DNA of 64,000 nucleotides from positions 4,030,001 through 4,094,000 of the forward strand of contig CM035357.1 in NCBI GenBank assembly GCA_020137815.1, written 5' to 3'. This DNA is from Hormiphora californensis (Eukaryota > Animalia > Ctenophora). Positions within the stretch are counted from its first letter, which is position 1. Every line of letters starts with the position of its first letter. Below, piece by piece: positions 1-12,760 of the stretch. The notes beneath the pieces were generated by a model. It was given only the letters and a program-made list of their open reading frames with translations. It made no database searches and had not been told where the DNA came from. The position numbers and the translations under genes were made by a program.

Positions 1-1181
1 GCGCCCATTTTGGCCCATTTTTGCCATTTTAGGACATCCAAAAAATCTACAAAAATTTCTAGTTGCTTCTTGGATTGCTAAGAGTCGTTTATAAGTCAAA
101 TAAAAGCATTTAAACGATTTTTGTAAAAAAATAATTTTATTTTTCCCCCATTTTTGGCAGGCTTGACACAAGGCTTCATTTCATATCCTTCCATTTGACC
201 TTTGCTGTTGTTTTTCTTATACAGGCCCATAAACCCTCAGAGATGCTAAAAGAAGTTAATAGAGGACCATAGAGACCCAGAGAGGCCCATAGAGACCCAT
301 AATGGCCCCTATATACCCATAGAGGCCTATGCGGGATGGCATTGAGGTTCATAGAGGCCCCTTAGAGGGTCATAGAGACCAATTAAGGTCCATAGAGGCC
401 CACACAGGCCACTAGAGCTTCATAGAGTCCCCTTAAAGGCCCATAGAGACCGACAGAGGGTTTATGTATGCACATAGAGGTCCATAAAGCTTCAAAGAGG
501 CCCGTAGATGCCATTAGAGGCTTATAGAGTCCTCTTGAGGCCCCTTAGAGAGTATATAGACCATCTGTCGGTCTCTATGGGCCTTTAAGGGGACTCTATG
601 AAGCTCTAGTGGCCTGTGTGGGCCTCTATGGACCTTAATTGGTCTCTATGACCCTCTAAGGGGCCTCTATGAACCTCAATGCCATCCCGCATAGGCCTCT
701 ATGGGTATATAGGGGCCATTATGGGTCTCTATGGGCCTCTCTGGGTCTCTATGGTCCTCTATTAACTTCTTTTAGCATCTCTGAGGGTTTATGGGCCTGT
801 ATAAGAAAAACAACAGCAAAGTTCAAATGGAAGGATATGAAATGAAGCCTTGTGTCAAGCCTGCCAAAAATGGGGGAAAAATAAAATTATTTTTTTACAA
901 AAATCGTTTAAATGCTTTTATTTGACTTATAAACGACTCTTAGCAATCCAAGAAGCAACTAGAAATTTTTGTAGATTTTTTGGATGTCCTAAAATGGCAA
1001 AAATGGGCCAAAATGGGCGCGCGGGAAGTAACACTTCCCATGCGCATAAAAAGCATTTTGTACCCGTAAGGAGTTGGAGTAGGGGGCTGAAACTTCACAG
1101 TCCTTCTCTGTGTACCTGTCCACAACTTCTGGGAAGGTTTCAGTCAAATCGGAAAACTTTTTTGCAAAATGACGCACCCTA
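1..1181. mobile_element. Large foldback (long inverted repeat) non-autonomous DNA element; left end lies outside the window
   Basis: 1-457 is the reverse complement of ~564-1020. The right arm continues to ...gacgcaccct-aat at ~1181. The interior is built from degenerate AGAGGCCCAT-type subrepeats. No transposase ORF. Confidence 0.8.
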
Positions 1182-1633
1182 ATATATATATATGAATATA
1201 TGTAGTATATATGTATATTATATATGCATGTACTATATCCAATACTGCGAATCTAATCAGGTGATTTGGAAGACGGGATTTCGTCTGTGGGGCAATAGAT
1301 TCAGAGTATTAAAGTAAACCTTGCTGTTAGCGGCCCCAACACGCACGTTTTCCCGACATCACAAACTTGACCGAACTCAGTTAAAACTTTAACCTTCTCT
1401 ACTTCAGGACTATCTTAGAACATACTTTTAGGGAATATGAGTTATAGCCACAACAATTTTTAGGGCCTTAGAATAAATGATCCAAACTATGTGCAATAAT
1501 GATCAGCGTAGGAGATATATATGTGTAACTACGGTATATATATAAAGGTTAATGTGTGACAGACACCCAAACACGCACACACACTCACACACACACACAC
1601 ACTGAGCTGTACCTCTTATAACAAGAATTGTTA

Positions 1634-1719
1634 CAGTCGGACCCTGATATACCGGCATCTCGATTTACCGGGCAAAATGGCTTCCCCCGAGAGGATCCCG
1701 GTAAATCGGGGTCTGACTG
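1634..1719. mobile_element. Tc1/mariner-type MITE (CAGTCGGACCC family), short copy
   Basis: TIR cagtcggaccc / gggtctgactg, flanked by TA on both sides. Same family at 28399 and 53924. Confidence 0.8.
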
Positions 1720-3282
1720 TATAATCATCAGTGCAGGGAGCAATATCAAGTATAGATTTCAACCTGACACGGCCATCGATCCCACCAAGTTGCTGTGTAA
1801 TTGGTCCTCAGGGAAACATGCCCAAGTAGCAAACCTTGTTTAGGGTCTAAAGTTCTCCCACGGCCTCGCTCCTGAGACAAGATCTCAAAAAGAAGAATTG
1901 TCTCTATCCTTGCAAAGGGGGCGGAGCCCATGAGAAATCTTAAAAAAACCCTAAGTTAGGATTTACTTGGGTGCTATCCTAAAAACCTCTCGACAACGCC
2001 TGACAACTAGGGATCAAACTTAACTGATGCAATATGTATGACATATTAATATATATGGCGATGTTTGTGCTCAATTATATCGGCTACAACATATAGTTCT
2101 TAAGATCTTAACAAACATTTTACGGGGAAAAATACGCGAATTCTTATATCACTTTCACTGGAAAATATCTCGCAATATAACATGTGTACGAACTATCTTA
2201 AATCTTGAAAGTAAGAAATAGTTAACGTACACAACCAGACACTAACACACTGAATCAGACCGATAAAAGATCAAGACGTAGAGAGACACAGATTAACTTT
2301 TGTACGTGATACATTTCCTTATCTTACACGTGTTTGATAACACTGTAAGGTATCATAACTGTGGAAAAATCAAACGCGGATGGAAATAATTGCACGTGCA
2401 AGATAGGAAACGAACACGAACAAATAGTTAATCTGGTATGTGCACGTGTAAACGATTAAAAAACGCTTAAACAATCATCAACATGTAATTACTGGGGAAT
2501 CTCTATCTCTAACTCTCTCTCTCTATCTCACTCTCACTCTCTCTTTCTCACTCTATCTTTCTCACTTAAACGGGGGGTTCCTAGAACCTACATAATACCA
2601 ACGGTAACAATTAACAGAACTAAAAGAACAAAGTATTACCCAAAATATCTCTCTCTACGTAGGTGTTGTAGTTGCGGTATTGTCCATCTCTCTCTCTCTC
2701 TCTCTACTGGCGAAATAGATCCAGCGAATTGGGGCACAATTAGCATCCAACCCTCTCTGATTATTAACTTATTATTAAGAAAAAAAAAGAAATCGTGCGT
2801 AATACCATTGTTATGCTTAACTCCATGCAAAAGCACACACAAACACACATGCCATGTATACGATAATTCTTCACACGTGCAAAATCTCCATAGTCCGCAC
2901 GTGCAAAAACTGTATGCGCAAGAAAAACACCGATCTCTTACGAGCCATATTACAAGCACATGTATACGCAATTTAAGCGCCATTTAAAAAGCAAACACGC
3001 ACATAAAACTATATATGTATCATATGTAAATATGAATAATGTCTCGCACTCTGGATAAGAATGATAATAATTGTAGATCCTAGAACACGCATGGGGGGCA
3101 GATCCTAGATTTCACAGCTCTCACGTTGGGGGGTTATCAGTATATTAATATTCATATAATATATGTATGTATATGTATATAATATAATATAAGGTACCAT
3201 ATATCTCGGCACACGAGTATGTATCTCTCAGAAAGAACACACAAGAGTTTGAAAAATGGGGGATAATTTGGGGGGTATTAAA

Positions 3283-3392
3283 CAGGAACCGACCGAAACA
3301 AGTAAACAACCAATCAGAACTCGTTATTTAGGTCACGTGACTGGTTATCAGCCAATCAGGGACCAGTATTTCCTGATTCAGGTCGGTTCCTG
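3283..3392. mobile_element. hAT-type MITE (110 bp)
   Basis: TIR caggaaccgacc / ggtcggttcctg. Exact 8-bp TSD gtattaaa at 3275-3282 and 3393-3400. Confidence 0.85.
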
Positions 3393-3920
3393 GTATTAAA
3401 GTATGGTTGTGAACTCTGGAACATCACGCCAGTATTTCTCTTTCATTGAAAGTAATAACCGGTGCCACACGCGTCGACTCCCATCGTACATGTCGTACCG
3501 TAACCCACACCACATTACATGTGTATAGCTCTGTAATACATGTCCCGTGCAATGGGCTAGATATATATATATATGGGAGCACTCTGTATGGATATCACAC
3601 ACCCAGGATTAGAGAACTGCACTGGGCACTAGATTCTAGCTCGTGTGAGGTAGTTGTGTGTGCTCCACACATAATAGTCTGCTCAGAATTGGGATAGTAT
3701 AATACACAACCTCAACATGTTATTCTTGGTGAGGGCTGGGGCGTGAAGCCAGGATTCCAGAGAAACACTCTATATTATCTCAATCTCACAGCAAAAACAG
3801 AAATTTTAGCTCTCTCTTTCTCATCTCTATCTCTCTCTCTCTCTATCTCTCTATTTCTCTTACTCAATCTCTATTTAAAATCAATACAGTGTCTCCCTAA
3901 AGAAGAACTCGATAGTAACA

Positions 3921-4029
3921 TAGTAACCGACCGACACAAGTAAACAACCAATCAGAATTCGTTATTTAGGTCACGTGACTGGTTATCAGCCAATCAGGGA
4001 CCAGTATTTCCTGATTCGGTCGGTTCCTG
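3921..4029. mobile_element. Second copy of the 110-bp hAT-type MITE
   Basis: Near-identical to 3283-3392. Left TIR is degenerate and no TSD is visible. Confidence 0.75.
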
Positions 4030-4257
4030 CTGCATTAGTATAGCAGTGGCTAACTTTCTCTCTAACTACAACTAAATCTCTCTCTCTCTCTCTCTCTCCC
4101 ACAAACTTAATGTCCCTTTCTGTCACACTCAAAAGAATGTGATATGGTGACACGTGTTGTTTGCACGTCTCTCTCTCTCTCTCTCTGACACGAGCTTGTG
4201 TAACAATGGCGCATATATATATATGTATGTATATATATATATTCCAGCGCCATGTCC

Positions 4258-7200
4258 TCAGCTGGTCAGGGGCGACTCCAGCTTAATACTGGGCATTTGA
4301 AAGGGAGCTCCCATAGTGTTGCTGTTGTTGTTGTTGTTGTTGTTGTTGTTGCTGTTGTTGCTGGATACTTGAACCCCTCCTGGAGCCTGGATGTTCGGCC
4401 ATATCAGACTTGTCGGCATGTTGGAGTTGATGGACGTCTGATGGTCCAACACCTGATGAACCTGCAATGATACACGAGGTTTAGTTACTCCTTCATATAA
4501 TAGTTTTTTCCAAAAAAAAGCTGGTGCAGGTGATGTTAGGTAGGTTGTATTGAAAGAAATGGCTGCTCCTTCATAATACTATCTGTTGAACACACACACC
4601 TGATGTTGCTCCTTCATAAAACTATCTATTGAACACACACCTGATGTTGCTCCTTCATAAAACTATCGGTTGAACACACACACCTGATGTTGCTCCTTCA
4701 TAAAACTATCTGTTGTACACACACCTGATGTTGTTGGTTGGCCGAGTTGTTGTTGTTGTTGCTGGCTGAGGCTGCCGCCGCTGTAGCAAAACGGAACTGC
4801 TGTTGGGGATTTAGGCCGGCCGCTGCCGCGTAACCCGGCAAACTGGTGATTGATGCTGCGAGACTTGGCATCGCTGAAGGGAAATACTACGGTTAATCAT
4901 CCACCCATTCACGGGCACCTAATGGTAACCAAATGGTAACCAGAGTACCCGAGTGGTAACCATTTATGGTAACCATGGTTTACCACGTGATAAATCTTTA
5001 AGAAAATCCCCAACACGAACATAAATCAACCAGACCCATATAATACAGATCTGCACACTCATAATCACAATCCAATCAATTCACGCACAAACACACAATG
5101 GGTAAGAATTAATGCAAAATTAGTTGCCATTTATTCCTAGAATATCACTTCACTTTATAGTGATATTCTAGGAATCATTTTAATTTGAACTTTGTATTTA
5201 AAACCCCCTCCCCCCGCTTGATGCTTGATCCAGTTTGAAACCATTGAAACACGGAAGTTTACTAGAAAATAGAATTTCCATGCGTGATGATAATTCTAAA
5301 AATGTCTCACACACTAGCAAACACTGACTGGAGCAGGAAGTGCTCTAACAAAGGGACCATCTAGTAAGGAGTGGCGGGGGGAGAAAACATTATGCTGAGT
5401 TCTGTGTTTGCGTTCTGTTATTAATGCTTTTTCATAGCCTTTGCACCACTATAACCTTTTTGTCGAAACCATTATAATTACCACGAATTAATTAATCAAT
5501 TAATAACCCCACACACACACACATGGATATAACACGTCACGTGTCGACTAACCCTGACTCACATGCGGTACTCGTGTAGGGGAGAGAGGGAAGTCCAATA
5601 TCACTGGTAACAGCCGTCAGGGCGGACTGGTAGAAGGACGGATTGGTGGTTGTTGGGGAGTGCCAGTTTCCCGTTAGGTACTGGTGGTTCAGCCCGTGGT
5701 AGTTCGGGTTGATACTGCTGAGGTCCGCTGAGAGAGAGAGAGGGGTGTTTTAAGGAGTGGTCGGGTATTTTATCTACTAGAAACAAAACGCAGGGGATCG
5801 GGGATGCTACTTTTGATTGATATTCAACAGACATAAAAAATCATTATATGGGTTGATTGAGAGATTTTTATCCTCAGACGAGAATTCATAACTTCAATTG
5901 GACGTTCCTTTCTAGGGCGTGTTGGGGAGAGGGAGAGAGAAACAGGGAGGGAAAGGGAAATGAAGTCGGAGAGAGAAACATAGAGACCGAGAGAGATCAG
6001 AGAGATAGATAGACATAAAGAGATAGCAAGGGGGGGGGGGTCCAGCCCTAAAAAAAGCTAAGCTATCGGCCAAAATCAGGGTACCTTTAGCTTTTTTTAG
6101 CTTTTTTTAGCTTTTTTTAGCTTTTTTAGCTTTTTTTAGCTTTTTTTAGGCTAAAAAAGCTAAAAAAAGCTAAAAAAAGCTAAAATTGAGTTTTTAGTGG
6201 ATTCATATAGGTTCGAATCCCGCTGACGCCAAATTTTTTAAACTTTTATTATAACGTTTTATAACGTTTTTTGAACTTTTTTAAAACTATTTTTACAAAT
6301 AAAAACAAGGAAGTTTAGTTCAACAGTTTACACATGTTTCAATACAAAATTGTATTTCATCAGAACTGAATCACACTTGTCCCGTTCCAGGTTTCTTGCT
6401 TGCTCCTTCATAAAGCCATCCAATTAGAGATTGTATTTCTTGTGATGTCTGCAACTACCCATGATCTCGCTTCTCCGGTTTAGGAGTTGGTGGTTCCTGG
6501 ACTCCATCAAAATCTCCATCTTCTCGGTAGTGCACAGGTCACAGAACCGATCCCCAATTCTGTACGGTCTTCCCTTTTTCCTCACTTTCCAAGTGATCCC
6601 GAATGTGATCCCCCTGTCCTTCAACTCCCACACCTTTTCAGACAGCCTTGTAGATGTTCTTTTTTCGGAGTTGTTGAATGTGTGCTTGTGCTGGCTGAAT
6701 CGGGTTTTAAATGAGTTCCCTGTTAACCCGATGTAGAACAGGGAACTCATTTAAAACCCGATTCAGCCAGCACAAGCACACATTCAACAACTCCGAAAAA
6801 AGAACATCTACAAGGCTGTCTGAAAAGGTGTGGGAGTTGAAGGACAGGGGGATCACATTCGGGATCACTTGGAAAGTGAGGAAAAAGGGAAGACCGTACA
6901 GAATTGGGGATCGGTTCTGTGACCTGTGCACTACCGAGAAGATGGAGATTTTGATGGAGTCCAGGAACCACCAACTCCTAAACCGGAGAAGCGAGATCAT
7001 GGGTAGTTGCAGACATCACAAGAAATACAATCTCTAATTCGATGGCTTTATGAAGGAGCAAGCAAGAAACCTGGAACGGGACAAGTGTGATTCAGTTCTG
7101 ATGAAATACAATTTTGTATTGAAACATGTGTAAACTGTTGAACTAAACTTCCTTGTTTTTATTTGTAAACAGCTCCTCCTGGTGAGTAGAGCACTATCCG

Positions 7201-7502
7201 AGGCAAGGACAATCAGCTAAAACTATTTTTATCAAATTTGAATAATATTTTTATCGAAAAAATGTCTCCAGAAAATGGCAGTAGGGGTGGATACAGAAAT
7301 TGCTATTTATGGACATAAACGGTAGATTATGGTAAAAAATGTGCAGGAAATGAACAAATGCAGTCAATAGACGTCCGGAAGGATGAAAATTTAATGGAAA
7401 AGTGTCAAGATGAATGCTGAAAAAACATAAAAAGTAGGGCTAAAAAAAGCTAAAAAAAGCTAAAAAAAGCTAACATAAAAAAAGCAATCGACCAAAATCA
7501 GG

Positions 7503-7569
<67 letters not shown>

Positions 7570-8587
7570 GGGGAGAGAGGGAGAGGGAGAGAGTGCGCCC
7601 GGCAGAGAGAGGGGGATAGTGGATACAAAGAGAAAAGAATATAATGTTGAAACAAAAATTTAATATTAGAATATTATAATCGAATATTTTATGTTAGATG
7701 GAAAATTGGTAAAGTCGGATTTTTTGAAACTGTCGCCCCCCTTTTCACGTATTTGCACGTGACAGCCCCCACTTGCTCTCACTCGACAGCATAAAACCGC
7801 ATATCACCGGAAAGAGCATAATTTTTTGAGTCCGTAAAACTTTTGACCGACGAAATCGGCCAAGAAACAAAGGCGTGAGAGCCAAAAAACCGTCAAAACA
7901 AGTTTCCGACGCGCAAATAAAAGATGGAAGTAATTTTGATATCTCCTTCTGGTGATCAACACACACACACGCCCTCTGTACAACAGTTTAATGGGGAATC
8001 TCACACATACACGGGCAGAACTCGGTTAAGGAGAGATTAATTAGTATTCTGAATAATGAGTTCAGAGCAAGAATTAAATAGGGAAGAAAATCGAAAAATA
8101 CTGGGTTTGACCGGGAATTGAACCAGGGACCTCCAGAGAGACATGCTCGGAGCTATAAACCACTAAGCTACCAAACCCTATAATTAATTCTTGCTCTGAA
8201 CTCATTATTCAGAATACAAATAAAAGATCGTGCGCCACCCAGGGGGGTGACAGTTTCAAAAAATCGGACTTTACTCTCATTCTCGCTGGGATTGGGATTA
8301 AAACTTTATGCTTTAGTTTCCCACAATTGAAAAATCTTTCGTGAAAAATTGGAAACAAATAATTTTGCCGACCCTGAAAAGTATATAAAGGTCTGGCCTT
8401 CATATGATATGTTCATGTTGAGAATGAGAGAGAGAGAGTTTGGAGTGCTGCTCTCGTTTCATACTAACAGTGGGGTCCTTTCACCTAGGTAGGTATGTGA
8501 CTTCCTTTCTACTACCACTAGCGAGAGAGAGATGGAGTGAGAGCGGGAGGGGATGGGAATAGAGACAGAGAATGAGAGAGAATGAGA

Positions 8588-8657
<70 letters not shown>

Positions 8658-8923
8658 ATATGTGTGGGATTTTAGCATATTATATGCAGTGGGTATGCTT
8701 CAGTCTTCGCATAAATGCGAATCCTGTGTGCATACTGAGACTCAGAGACAAAGAGAGTGAAAGAACGAGAGGGAAAGAGAGAGAGAGAGAGAGAGAGAGG
8801 GTGAGAGAGATTAAACTAAGAGAGAGAAACAAGAGTTTATATGTTGAATATATCTGGTAACAGCATATTATGCGTATGTGACTGTATATAGAGGGATAGA
8901 GAGGGATAGAGAGGGATAGCGAG

Positions 8924-8968
<45 letters not shown>

Positions 8969-11900
8969 ACGAGAAGAGCAGAACGAACGACAGATAGAGA
9001 GACGATCGACGAAGAGAAGAAAGTAGCTAAACAGCATTTGAAGACATACTTCTATTAGATCACAGTATCCTCCCTTCTCCTTCTTGCTCCTGCATTCCTC
9101 TCCACTCCTCACACTGCTCTCTCCTCTCCTTCTCTCTCCTTCACCTGTCTATCTCAGCTTTCTCTTCCTCTACTCTCACCCGACGCAATATCTCTACTCT
9201 CGGCTCTCTCTCTCTCGCGCAGTCCGAAGGTCTCAGATCGTGCACTGATCGAAGATAACTCTGTTCTGGCTGAAACACTAGACTAATTTTCTAAGAATTC
9301 ACGTGGCCTCGACATGGCTGGAACACCACCAACCACAGTAAGACCATTTAAAATGGGAGATCATATATAAAGTAAAAACTTCACTGCAACTTACTCATAG
9401 CAGACAGACGTAGACCACCGATTGCTGAAACAAAAAAGCATGTTAGTTTTTAAATTAGTAATCAATTAATTAATTTCATTAACTTAAAACAAGCTAAACC
9501 CCCTTGCATCAACAGTTGATTCGTACCAATACCCCCATGACAAGTGCATCCCTAATACAGCCCACCAACCGACCCACCATAGCATTAAAATCCAAATTTG
9601 GACATGATTGGCTTTCACTCACTCGACATTTTTTCACCTGATTGATTTACACACTTTTTTCATACCCCTTTCAACCCTTATTTTCTACACACTTGTAAAT
9701 TGACGTACAATACTTTGACATGATATATAATATACTAATCATCCTATATAGGAAACTACTACTGCTGCAGCCATGGTTGCCCGGACACTGTTTGCCTCTG
9801 AACTGCTGAAGAGTGTCAACCCTTTTAATAAAGTGGCTGTGGATGATTGGTGGGATCAAATGAACAGATCAGGAATGTTCGCAATCCTTGTTTTCCTGGG
9901 TGAGTGATAATTATCTGTAATTAATTATCTAACTAACCCATTACCCACTAATATTATCTAATTAGCACATCATGATACTTTCAGCGATTGGCGTCACTGC
10001 TAAGGATCATGTTGGTAACAGGGTTGCTTGTTTTGGGTTTGAAAACTTTGACAGTAGCTTTTCCGAGGATTACTGTTGGACACAAGGTGAGTGAACATTT
10101 CGGTAGTATTTCGAAATGTGAAAGAGCTGTAATAATGCCAGCCCCAACACATTATGGACCAAACATGACCTAGTACATAAAGTGGTACTGAACTAGTATT
10201 TCCACAGGATTGTATACGATAGCAGAGGCCTACCACTATCATCCAGATGTTATACCCTATCCTGGTATAATACCTGCTGAAATACCTGCAAAGTGTTTCA
10301 AAGAACAGGCCGAGACTAGTGAGTCAAAGGTGAGTCGCCACGTGATGCCCATATATGGTCCTGTGTGTCACGTGATGCCCATATACGATGTACTAATTCA
10401 TAACATGAATTTCATGTGTAGCTAAAAACAGTGGTTAGGAAGAGAGAATAAACCTACACATCTCAATGTGCTACTCAACCAGTACTTTTCAGTTCGTGGT
10501 ACCGGAGGTAGAAGATTTGGTGTCGTGCCCGGAGAAAAATGTAACGGGGGAAACTAAAGTATTCCACTTGTGGTATCAATGGATAACTCCATATCTTTGG
10601 TTGGTTGCGGGAGCCTACTACTTCCCTTATCTTTTTTGCAAGGTATTGGGTTCGTCCTATCTTTTTGCAAGGCATACATATTGGGTTCGTCCTATCTTTT
10701 TATAGGACTAGCTTCAAGGCACGGCCTATTTTTACCAAAGGACAAAATTACCTACTTCTGTAATGGTCCTTTCTCGGAACATGCTCCTCTAACAATCTGC
10801 GCGTCTTTCACGTTTAGGTCGACCCAAACCCGGGTGTGAATGCTTACAACAGTGAAATTACATGCGATAAACTACATCACGTGCATGTAATTTCACTGTT
10901 GTTAGCATTCACACCCGGGTTTGGGTCGACCTAAACGTGAAAGACGCTCAGATTGTTAGAGGAGCATGTTCCGAGAATGCAGCATAAGAAGTAAAGATTA
11001 TTCTACTTCTTCATAAAAACATTTTTAGAGGTATGGTTTTGAGATAAAACCGCTGCTAGTGATACTTCATACTGGAGCAGAAAATCCTGACAGTATGGAG
11101 GATAAGGTAAACCTATACGGGGTGGGGGTAAACCTAAGGGAGGGTGAGAAATAGGAGGAACTGGGGGAAGGGGGTAAACCTAAGGGTGTGAGTCTCTTGA
11201 GTTGTTCCGTATCTGAATGTACATTGTTAACCCCATTATAGCTAGCATTATCTTTAATTCTAATTTTCTTGTTTGTTTGACAGGTCGAAAGGGCAAGCGT
11301 GTGGCTCTACCACCGACTGGCGGTCTGCATGAAACCCGACGCTGGCTGTACGACAACCCTAGTCCGGAGGCATGGTGTGGCCATTGTATTTCTCCTTACC
11401 AAGTTCTCATTATCTCATCATCTCAACCGGGATAATATATGTCACCAGCCTAATGTTCCAACTGGCAGACTACAAGACATTCGGGTAACGTTGTGGGGAG
11501 CTCCTTGCCTTGTTCTACCCTCAATTGCCGTTCGCTCCGCATAAAAAAGGAGCTTCTAAACCCATCCTAGACCCGTCCTTGCTGTGCGTGTGTTTTGAAT
11601 TGCCAAAGGATTTTCTAATATCAATGCTTGCAAAATTCCTAAACCCTTTTAACTGATTAGGCATTTATGACTAGACTAGTTTGTAACCTAACTTAACTAC
11701 ATTTATGTCTCCAAGAAGAATAGGAATTTCTGCGGAATTTCCCAAAGTTGTACAATTGTAACATCATGACATCATGCCTGCAAGGTTTTATATTGTAGAA
11801 CAATATAAAGTTGTGTACAAGTCCAGTGTATATAACTTATACAGTAGACACACTGGACTTATACTATAAGCTCTATATACACAAGTCCAGTGTGTATAAG

Positions 11901-12567
11901 CTCTGCAGTAACGGGATGATGATAATGGCGCATATAACGTGTATGTCACACATATATATTATGTAACAGCAAACCTAAATTTAGCCCAGCGAGAGAGAGC
12001 GAGAGAGAGAGGGAGAGAGAGAGGATGGAGAGATATTTTAGGTATTGCAACAATGACAACATGAGTGCCGCTTGGATCGGATAGGCTCACGTCACCCTGC
12101 AGCAAGGGATTCCGAGAAATTAGAATAGGGCACATCTTTTTCAGCCCGCAGTGCATCATCCCGTAAGGTGATGCTAGCCCGATTCAAAACCGACATCAAG
12201 TTGAGACTACATAATGTTGAGTGAGACCAAACTGCAGTCTACTTCACTACCCTCCTTGTCTATCTAACTCTATCTCTAAGACCATATTTTCAGTTAAACT
12301 AAGACCATGTTTTCAGTTAAACCAAGACCATGTTTTCAGTTAAAGTAAGACTCGTTTCAGTAAGAGATCCAACTAAGACCCAACTATTTTCAGTTACGTT
12401 TGGGCAACTAAAGAGTGGCCTGCTCCACCTGGTAACACTACTGGAATAAAGGACCTACTGTTTCCCAAAATTGCTGCATGTGAAATCAAGCGCTGGGGGA
12501 CTTCCGGTCTTGAGGTGGGTTGCTTTTTTTCAAAATGAGAGAGAGAGAGTGAGAGCGAGAGAGAGAG

Positions 12568-12614
<47 letters not shown>

Positions 12615-12645
12615 GAGGAGAGAGAGAGGAGAGGGGAGAGAGAGG

Positions 12646-12681
<36 letters not shown>

Positions 12682-12716
12682 GAGAGCGAGAGAGAGAGAG
12701 AGAGAGAGAGGGATAG

Positions 12717-12760
<44 letters not shown>

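Larger units (their letters stand above)
6296..7217. mobile_element. Penelope-like retroelement fragment: two inverted copies of the GIY-YIG endonuclease C-terminus plus 3' region
   Basis: ORFs 6424-6750(-) and 6711-7037(+) encode YIGLTGNSFKTRFSQH...CDLCTTEK...LLNRRSE...CRH, typical of PLE GIY-YIG. Arms ~6292-6724 and 6737-7169 with a 12-nt loop. A ~48-nt tail follows at 7170-7217. A 14-bp direct repeat taaaactattttta flanks it at 6282-6295 and 7218-7231. Confidence 0.85.
6030..7505. repeat. Element with GCTAAAAAAA subrepeats, interrupted by the Penelope-like insertion
   Basis: (tagctttttt)n / (gctaaaaaaa)n blocks at 6085-6185 and 7438-7475. Related motif atcg.ccaaaatcagggt near both ends. 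Confidence 0.5.

Noticed and set aside
6198-6232. tRNA gene (ggttcgaatcccgctgacgcca)
   Set aside because: Only a T-arm/3'-like fragment; no D arm or matching acceptor strand.
6400-6413. TTGCTCCTTCAT shared by the PLE 3' region, the 4560-4730 repeats and ~26233
   Set aside because: Only 12-15 nt with no extended homology; no claim can be supported from it.
7045-7095. SECIS element after the Penelope ORF (ATGA...AA...TGA)
   Set aside because: The sequence between the motifs does not form the required stem.
8103-8178. Functional tRNA gene
   Set aside because: Anticodon loop lacks U33, the stems have mismatches, and it lies within TIRs; reported as tRNA-like instead.
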